Position numbers and translations under genes: made by a program. Below the pieces are notes generated by a model. The model was given only the letters and a program-made list of their open reading frames with translations. It was not told the DNA's origin and did no database searches. A DNA stretch of 47,926 nt, from sequence record PP213477.1. One strand, 5' to 3'. Position 1 is the first letter of the stretch, and every line of letters begins with the position of its first letter. Shown here piece by piece: positions 41,876 to 47,926 of the stretch. The stretch is from Escherichia phage vB_Eco_ZCEC08.

Positions 41876-43467
41876 TTCAAACCCCTCATAAATCTCATGC
41901 GCTTAACAGCAGCAGAAAGATAATTTCTAACCGTTGAGTTCATTCGCAGACCATCCCATGAGCCATCACCGCACATCTTTATAGCTCTTGGGTTATCCCT
42001 GTCCAGCATTAGTGGTGAATGCTTATTTTCCTCAATAGCAAGAAGAACCTCATAAACAAACTTATCAGGTGTTAGTGTGATGTTATTAGAGTCAGCAGAA
42101 TTGATTATCTTTTTAATTCTATCACGACACAGCTTGTTCTTTATAACAGACAAGTAAGGCGTTTTAATGAATGCCTGTGATTCACAAATTCGCTTAATTT
42201 TTTCTACAATGTTCTCCCATTCAGTATTTTCAAGTCCATCAAACTCCTGTTCGCCCTCAAGGAATCTTTGCAGACCAGCGAGATGCTCAAGAACTACGAT
42301 ATATCCCCATTCGACATGCTCCATCGTAACTGCTGGCGTCATTCCACGGCGACTTGACAGATCTGCGTAAGCCGCAAGCGTTGCAAGGTCTACAATCATT
42401 AGCCCCATGCGCGGGATAACGTCACCAACAACACCATCGCGATCACCAAGCTCACTTTCCAGTTTCATAGACAGAGATCTGTGCAGTTTTTTCACATCAT
42501 CATCAGCCCATACAGCGTTAGTTTTCGCGGTAAGAATCCTACCCTTCCACTCATTGATTATTTTTCTTGAAAGTGTGCCGCTAGCTTCCACATCCTTCAT
42601 CGCTGGCATTTCCTCACCAGCAAGATGTCCAAGCTGAAACAGCACTCGCCCCATGCCGCCATCTTTCTGCCATGAACGCGCAGCATCTATTCCCTGCTCT
42701 GGAGTGACAGTAATCAGCGGAACAAATTTTGCGTTTTCAATTCCACCGTCTTTTGTTGCAAGTTCGTACTCATTCATTGCCGACTTGAGCGCGCGCCCAA
42801 CGCTGTGGTCCATCATCGCAAGGCGCTTATAATCTATGACGCCTTTCCCATCATCACCACCAGTAAGTGGCACTATCCATCCCTCAGCACTTGCTGCCGC
42901 CATGATGCGTTTTGGGTTTTGTTCCCAAGTAAGGTTTTCAAGCAGCTCCTTGATTATTGGTCTGTTAGGCACCCACACGCCGCCATCAGTGAGGCCTCTA
43001 TACCACGCCATAGTACCGCCAAGATATGCATTGCGCGGGTTGTTCCAGTCTTCAAGATGTTGTTTGTCATCGTTCACAACGTAGAGCAAAGAACCACCTC
43101 CAGCAATCAGGTCTAACTGCATCTGTTTCGTCGAGGTTGATTTAGATGCGCAAACTCTGGAGCCAATTCCCAGTGCATTGGAATATGCCCTAACGAAACT
43201 CACAGGGGCACCCTTACCTGCACCAGAGCGAGCCACCAGAAATATACCAGTATTGCAGATACTACCTGTTGGACCAATCAAATATCGTCCAGCCATCGCC
43301 TGAGTAAGACCCAAGGCACCAGTTAAGCGATATCTCTCCCCATCATTACGGCGCTCAAAGTTTTTCGCAATCTCATCCATAAACTCACCAAGTGCACCAG
43401 GAGCCTTCCTGTTTATACCCATAGCCATAGAATCAAAATCAATAGCGCCCATCAATATACTCTCCAT
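41872..43467 (-). CDS. hypothetical replication-module protein (531 aa)
   Basis: ORF track; degenerate P-loop-like LVARSGAGKGA; function not recognised. Confidence 0.5.
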   Translation of the reverse strand: MESILMGAIDFDSMAMGINRKAPGALGEFMDEIAKNFERRNDGERYRLTGALGLTQAMAGRYLIGPTGSICNTGIFLVARSGAGKGAPVSFVRAYSNALGIGSRVCASKSTSTKQMQLDLIAGGGSLLYVVNDDKQHLEDWNNPRNAYLGGTMAWYRGLTDGGVWVPNRPIIKELLENLTWEQNPKRIMAAASAEGWIVPLTGGDDGKGVIDYKRLAMMDHSVGRALKSAMNEYELATKDGGIENAKFVPLITVTPEQGIDAARSWQKDGGMGRVLFQLGHLAGEEMPAMKDVEASGTLSRKIINEWKGRILTAKTNAVWADDDVKKLHRSLSMKLESELGDRDGVVGDVIPRMGLMIVDLATLAAYADLSSRRGMTPAVTMEHVEWGYIVVLEHLAGLQRFLEGEQEFDGLENTEWENIVEKIKRICESQAFIKTPYLSVIKNKLCRDRIKKIINSADSNNITLTPDKFVYEVLLAIEENKHSPLMLDRDNPRAIKMCGDGSWDGLRMNSTVRNYLSAAVKRMRFMRGLK

Positions 43468-43781
43468 ACTCGCAAGAATTTGCCAGGGATAATACCTTGT
43501 TTCACCGTTAACACAGCGCCAACCCTGTCCGCCTCAATTTTTAGCGCCTTCTGAAGTGACGTCATTGTCATCTGAAAACCTCGCTCTATATCGTATGCGT
43601 AGCACCCATCTCTTCTACCAATCAAAATTGAAGTTGAATACCCGTTCTCAAAGTAAAACTGACACCCATCAGGAGCGGTAAGATTATTTATCACGTCGTG
43701 AGCAAGCGATGTCGTTACAGGGAATATAGGCGCGCAACTCATACCTACCTCACTCAACTCGCTTAATGTGCAAAACTTCAT
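43452..43781 (-). CDS. hypothetical protein
   Basis: ORF track. Confidence 0.4.
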   Translation of the reverse strand: MKFCTLSELSEVGMSCAPIFPVTTSLAHDVINNLTAPDGCQFYFENGYSTSILIGRRDGCYAYDIERGFQMTMTSLQKALKIEADRVGAVLTVKQGIIPGKFLRVWRVY

Positions 43782-43980
43782 CGAAATATGAGCACGTTCT
43801 GAATTTCATCCCAAAATCCTCACCAACCCTTCCGAGACACGCGCGAAATCTTTCAACAGACAGACCTTTATATGCAATGTCCTCATAAGCAATCGAATTA
43901 ACCTGACCAACATCCATATGTTTTGCAACGCGATACACAAACTCCATCTTTGAACCATCACGATACATTTTGTTTCTCAT
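43750..43980 (-). CDS. hypothetical protein (first gene of the replication operon)
   Basis: ORF track 43750..44013; start moved to the ATG that follows GGAGGT. Confidence 0.4.
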   Translation of the reverse strand: MRNKMYRDGSKMEFVYRVAKHMDVGQVNSIAYEDIAYKGLSVERFRACLGRVGEDFGMKFRTCSYFDEVLHIKRVE

Positions 43981-44013
43981 AGTAACCTCCATCTGAATTC
44001 CAGCAGTAACCAT

Positions 44014-44635
44014 AGATAAAAAATAAAATTAACGCAACACAAAACAGGTCTAACCAGCAACAATAGCTACCACACTTAATAACTGGTCAGACCACCATCC
44101 CGTATCTGATATATGTGGATGGCGCCTGTCGTTCAATTTGAACTCGATTTTTACCTAATTTACCGTATATTTATCGGTCGGTTTTTTGCATAAATAATTG
44201 ATTTATAGTATTTTACCTGTTTTACCGTAACTCTAAGGAGTATTTTCATCATTAAGAGTGGTAGTATATTAATTGGTCTAATTTTAAAGAAATCTAATAA
44301 AATCAATATATTAATATAAAAGAATAGCTTACTTACTTCTATAGTATTTACCTGGTAAAACCGGTAACTCCTCCGAAGGCCGCGTCATTACTGGATTCAT
44401 TTTTACCGCCTGTAGGTAAATACAGTAGTTTTCAATCCGTTATTGCTCTTCTAAGCTGTTGATTACCGGTACTTTATTTGGGAAACCGGCATTTACCGGT
44501 TTTTGTGGTGTGATTAATAATCGAGCAACTGGTCCTGTTTCACCAGAACCAACTAATGCGACGCCTGAAAATCATGTTGACGTAGAATCATCATTGATGT
44601 AGATTGAACTAATCGAAACAAACGAGGGTGAAGAG
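44014..44635. repeat. AT-rich non-coding region with iteron-like TTTACC(G) repeats and ACCGGT palindromes; candidate origin
   Basis: direct TTTACC copies near 44148, 44159, 44211, 44221, 44347, 44401; inverted copy near 44415; ACCGGT near 44360, 44465, 44495; no ORF of 60 aa or more. Confidence 0.35.
44577..44605 (+). promoter_or_regulatory. sigma70-like promoter TTGACG-17-TAGATT
   Basis: hexamers read directly; about 30 nt upstream of the ATG at 44636. Confidence 0.45.
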
Positions 44636-44782
44636 ATGAAAATCAAAGACCGAGAAGAATTTGAAGATGCTCAGGCTATGGCGCGCATTGCAGTTGAGCG
44701 CACAAATAACAGTATACCTGCCGACGCATTCTGGAACGCAGCAATGCAGGCGTTAATCTCAGCATATGGCTTAAGCAAATGA
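44636..44782 (+). CDS. small hypothetical protein (48 aa)
   Basis: hand-translated MKIKDREEFEDAQAMARIAVERTNNSIPADAFW...; GAGGGTGAAGAG upstream. Confidence 0.4.
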   Translation: MKIKDREEFEDAQAMARIAVERTNNSIPADAFWNAAMQALISAYGLSK

Positions 44783-44874
44783 CAGGCGCATCATTCGAAC
44801 TTATCGCCAGTCTGGTTATCGTGGCATTCGTCATTATCGCAGTGGCAGTTTCAAAATCAGGGTATAAGGAGTAG
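44779..44874 (+). CDS. small hydrophobic peptide (31 aa)
   Basis: hand-translated MTGASFELIASLVIVAFVIIAVAVSKSGYKE; ATGA overlap. Confidence 0.3.
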   Translation: MTGASFELIASLVIVAFVIIAVAVSKSGYKE

Positions 44875-44962
44875 AAAAATGAGCAACTGGCATAACGAAC
44901 ACATCATGCAGTGGTTTCGCCGTCGCATTAAGTCAATTACTAACTCTTATGAGGTTTAACAA

Positions 44963-45145
44963 ATGGCAAAGACTATATATCGTCGCGAGAAGCTGGAACC
45001 TGAACTCGGTCACGTTGGCGCGCAGAACTTTATGAGCAAGCAGGCACGCAATGCAATGGAATCTATCCGAGTGAATCGCGTTGTGCGCGTGTTTAATGGT
45101 GAAGGCAAGCGAAGAGTAATGGATGAGCTGATTATCGTGTTCTGA
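44963..45145 (+). CDS. hypothetical protein (60 aa)
   Basis: ORF track. Confidence 0.4.
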   Translation: MAKTIYRREKLEPELGHVGAQNFMSKQARNAMESIRVNRVVRVFNGEGKRRVMDELIIVF

Positions 45146-45181
45146 CCTCGATTCAGGTGACTTATTTTTAATGGTGATGAT

Positions 45182-45409
45182 ATGGCAAAAGTGAAAACAT
45201 ACGAGTTCTGGCTTGCACAGAACAAAATGTATGCAAGCAAGGAAATCAAGAGAGCACGCTGGTGGAATAAATTGTTAATCCTGTCCGGCTGCATAGTGCT
45301 GGCAAAGTGCAAATTCAAAGCGATTGACATCACCGATGAGGATGCGCTCACAATCGCAAAGATTGAGTTTGAAGAAGATGGATATCACGAAGAAATTATT
45401 GGGGGTTAG
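45182..45409 (+). CDS. hypothetical protein (75 aa)
   Basis: ORF track. Confidence 0.45.
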   Translation: MAKVKTYEFWLAQNKMYASKEIKRARWWNKLLILSGCIVLAKCKFKAIDITDEDALTIAKIEFEEDGYHEEIIGG

Positions 45410-45412
45410 GGT

Positions 45413-45766
45413 ATGAGTGAAGTTAATTACCAGGCACTGCGTGGGATAGCAAAACAAGCAACACAAGGCGAATGGGTCGCATTTATTTCGCAGGGTACTG
45501 GTACGTATGCGGTGCATACGCCAGGTGATAAACGATGTGAAGACATTATCAAATGGACCGGCTTTGATGGACAGAAAAACGCAAAGAACAACGCTCGTTA
45601 TATCGCAGCTTTAAACCCAGCAGTGGTTCAGGCACTACTGGATGAACTGGAAGCTCAAAGTAAACGCATTGCAGAACTGGAGTCTGCATTAAATCGCCAT
45701 TATGAGATCCCTGACGTTTATGATATGGCGATAAAGCAATTCGAAAGCCTGGCTAAAAGTGAATAG
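45413..45766 (+). CDS. Ead/Ea22-like family protein (third paralogue)
   Basis: ARYIAALNPAVVQALLDELEAQSKRIAELE matches the Ea22-type IAA..P..V.ALLD.LEA motif. Confidence 0.5.
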   Translation: MSEVNYQALRGIAKQATQGEWVAFISQGTGTYAVHTPGDKRCEDIIKWTGFDGQKNAKNNARYIAALNPAVVQALLDELEAQSKRIAELESALNRHYEIPDVYDMAIKQFESLAKSE

Positions 45767-45829
45767 CTACCCGTTCATATTAATTATCAGTGCGCTCTAT
45801 GTGGCGCACGCTTTAGTGGAGGCATACTC

Positions 45830-45937
45830 ATGAACAACCACAAACGACGCCGATACACCACTGGCGCTAAAATCTTCCTTGCTGTTTATGTGCTGGCCCT
45901 GGTGGCAGCCATTGCAGGAGTTGTGCATTATGTTTAA
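45830..45937 (+). CDS. small hydrophobic peptide (35 aa)
   Basis: hand-translated MNNHKRRRYTTGAKIFLAVYVLALVAAIAGVVHYV; GGAGG upstream. Confidence 0.3.
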   Translation: MNNHKRRRYTTGAKIFLAVYVLALVAAIAGVVHYV

Positions 45938-46109
45938 CGATATCAGCGACGCAATGCAGAACATGTGGGAACGCTACTGGAACAGCATGAAGACATGTCA
46001 CTACATGATGGTACAGATAGGTAGTTACATTGAGGTTGTTCCTGACAATGGTGTGCACGACATTAAGTACATGTGCTCAACGAGGGATTATGCTAATGCA
46101 AACCACTAA
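45930..46109 (+). CDS. hypothetical protein
   Basis: internal ATG (residue 18 of ORF 45879..46109) overlapping upstream stop. Confidence 0.35.
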   Translation: MFNDISDAMQNMWERYWNSMKTCHYMMVQIGSYIEVVPDNGVHDIKYMCSTRDYANANH

Positions 46110-46263
46110 ACAGAAAGTCTGGCAACTCGCAAAGCAGCACGAATTAGACGATTTCATCGAGAAGGTTGCAAAGACATTCCCTGACGCGCTTGAAGTCGTT
46201 CATGTGCAGACGCGAAATGAAAATGCATGGTGCTACACAAAAAATCATACAAATGGTAGATGA
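46096..46263 (+). CDS. hypothetical protein
   Basis: internal ATG (residue 23 of ORF 46030..46263). Confidence 0.35.
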   Translation: MQTTKQKVWQLAKQHELDDFIEKVAKTFPDALEVVHVQTRNENAWCYTKNHTNGR

Positions 46264-46264
46264 A

Positions 46265-46690
46265 ATGAAGCTAACAAAAAAACAACGCGAAGAGCTACGC
46301 ATGAAGTTCGGTGGTCGCTGTGCTTATTGTGGGTGTGAGCTACCCGAGAAAGGTTGGCATGCAGACCATGTTGAACCAGTGCTACGTAAATCTGAGCAGT
46401 GCATGAAGGCAGCGGCGAAAGGGATTTTCAAGCTGAAGGCAACCGGTGAGCTATATCGACCAGAAGCCGAGCGACTGGAAAACCTTTACCCTGCGTGCGC
46501 CCCCTGCAATCTGATGAAAACTTCCTATTCCCTGGAAATGTTCAGGAAGCAGGTATCTCTTCAGGTTGCTCGTGGGCGCAAAAGCAGCATGAATTTCCGC
46601 ACTGCAGAGCGTTTCGGTCTTATCGCCGTGGTGGAGAGACCAGTTGTTTTCTGGTTTGAGAAATACCAGGAAGAGAACGAAAAAAAATAA
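46265..46690 (+). CDS. HNH endonuclease (start uncertain, ORF track 46166..46690)
   Basis: CAYCGCEL...WHADHVEPV...NLYPACAPCNLMK. Confidence 0.6.
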   Translation: MKLTKKQREELRMKFGGRCAYCGCELPEKGWHADHVEPVLRKSEQCMKAAAKGIFKLKATGELYRPEAERLENLYPACAPCNLMKTSYSLEMFRKQVSLQVARGRKSSMNFRTAERFGLIAVVERPVVFWFEKYQEENEKK

Positions 46691-46777
46691 ATGTGTTTAT
46701 GATGCTCTGTTGGCAAGCGCGATAATGATGGTGTACAATAAACGCATAACCACCATTGCTTTCACTTATATCATCAC

Positions 46778-46810
46778 CCAACCTTTAACCCGCCTTGTGC
46801 GGGTTCTTTT
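46778..46810 (+). terminator. rho-independent terminator
   Basis: CCCGC-CTTGT-GCGGG followed by TTCTTTTTT. Confidence 0.5.
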
Positions 46811-46870
46811 TTATCTACGTCTATGTGTTAAAATTAGCGTATGTGAGTTACTTAAAGAACACAAAAAGAC

Positions 46871-47311
46871 ATGGCGAATCCAAATCCAAAACACAAGTTT
46901 TCCTCTACAAATCAACCGCCTCCGCGCGGTAAGAGTTATCGCACAGTGCTGCTTGAGGCGCTTCGTGCTGCAAATACACCGATGAATGAGATTGAATTCG
47001 TCACGTATTACATCAATAGGGCCATGACATGCGAAGACGCTCAGGCAACTGGTATGCTTCGAGAGATATTCCTGCGGCTCAACCCAATTCCTAAGCCTGT
47101 AGCTCCTCCTGTGGAGTTTGACTTCCCTGCTGACGGAACTCCGGTTCAGAAAATGGATGCAATCATCAAGGGTGTCTCCACTGGCGTCGTGCCTGCTGAC
47201 ATCGGCAAGATGATGGCTGACATTATCAAGTCTGGCCTTGATATTCAGGAAACCACCGAACTCGCAGCGCGACTTGAGCGACTGGAGAAATTGCTGGAAC
47301 AGCAACAGTAA
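46871..47311 (+). CDS. putative terminase small subunit
   Basis: 146 aa upstream of terL around the circle, separated only by an HNH gene; assignment by position and size only. Confidence 0.35.
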   Translation: MANPNPKHKFSSTNQPPPRGKSYRTVLLEALRAANTPMNEIEFVTYYINRAMTCEDAQATGMLREIFLRLNPIPKPVAPPVEFDFPADGTPVQKMDAIIKGVSTGVVPADIGKMMADIIKSGLDIQETTELAARLERLEKLLEQQQ

Positions 47312-47413
47312 CTGATTTATAATAATTAATGCGGCAAAGGGTAGCTCCCTGCCCGGATTGGTCTCCGGGCTGCCGCATCCATCCAGTGACCGCCTTTAAC
47401 CGAGGATTCAATA

Positions 47414-47926
47414 ATGCGACCCTTAAAAGAAGAAAAACTCACGCAAGACAGGCTAAAAGAGTTGCTGCATTATAACCATGATACTGGTATTTTCACATGG
47501 GTTCAGCGCGCCTCAAAAAGCGTAAGAGTTGGTAATTCAGCTGGCAGTAAGAATAAGTCAGGCTATATAGATATACGCATCGATAAGTCTTTACACAAAG
47601 CTCATCGGCTTGCGTGGCTTTACATTTATGGTGTGTGGCCCAATGGGAAAATAGATCACATCAATAACGTGAAGACAGATAACAGAATCTGCAACCTGAG
47701 AGAAGCAAGCAATAATGAAAACGGATGGAATGCTGGTAAACCATCGACAAATACGTCAGGAGTAAAAGGTGTGAGTTGGGATGCAGAGAAAAATAAATGG
47801 AAGGCGCATTGCAGGGTTTTTGGGAAAAAATATACAGTAGGTAGGTTTTCATCAAAAGAATATGCTGAGAGAGCCGTGGCGGAGTTCAGAGAGAAACATC
47901 ACGGGGAGTTTTTTAATCATGGCTAG
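47414..47926 (+). CDS. HNH homing endonuclease (AP2-domain type), paralogue 3
   Basis: HRLAW..., IDHINNVKTDNRICNLREAS, GVSWDAEKNKWKAHCRV; stop lies inside the repeated ATGGCTAG that also starts terL. Confidence 0.7.
   Translation: MRPLKEEKLTQDRLKELLHYNHDTGIFTWVQRASKSVRVGNSAGSKNKSGYIDIRIDKSLHKAHRLAWLYIYGVWPNGKIDHINNVKTDNRICNLREASNNENGWNAGKPSTNTSGVKGVSWDAEKNKWKAHCRVFGKKYTVGRFSSKEYAERAVAEFREKHHGEFFNHG

Overview
The window reads as a complete, circularly closed genome of a tailed dsDNA phage (siphovirus-type gene order) of an enterobacterial host, about 47.9 kb. The first 8 bases (ATGGCTAG) recur as the last 8, so the record appears linearised at the terminase large-subunit start codon, which overlaps the stop of an upstream HNH endonuclease gene. 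All calls rest on reading the six-frame translations and the DNA by eye; no database search or RNA-folding tool was run, and coordinates of intergenic elements and of CDS starts that I moved off the ORF-track start are approximate (about +/-3 nt). Gene order: terminase large subunit, a run of small translationally coupled early ORFs, portal, head morphogenesis protein, a minus-strand accessory cassette, a lambda-like lysis cassette (R-type endolysin, holin-like protein, Rz with embedded Rz1), a second accessory block with HNH and Lar-like genes, scaffold/decoration/major capsid, a minus-strand cassette (DnaN-like domain, C5 cytosine methyltransferase, ParB-like nuclease), head-tail joining genes, a tRNA-like gene, major tail protein, a three-gene minus-strand moron, tail chaperone, tape measure, minor tail proteins, NlpC/P60 protein, tail tip protein and a tail fibre with a C-terminal self-cleaving chaperone domain. 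A minus-strand replication/recombination module follows (SSB, HNH, RecA-like ATPase, PD-(D/E)XK exonuclease, VRR-NUC, SF2 helicase, with a zinc-ribbon primase on the opposite strand), then a 620-bp AT-rich iteron-like non-coding region, small early ORFs, a candidate small terminase and a final HNH gene. No integrase, repressor, transposase or CRISPR array was recognised. I found no single element I can confidently call an undescribed system; the most distinctive signals are a recurring promoter/operator-like motif family, the iteron-rich candidate origin, the tRNA-like transcription unit, the DnaN-like/ParB/methyltransferase cassette, six HNH endonuclease genes and three Ea22-like paralogues.
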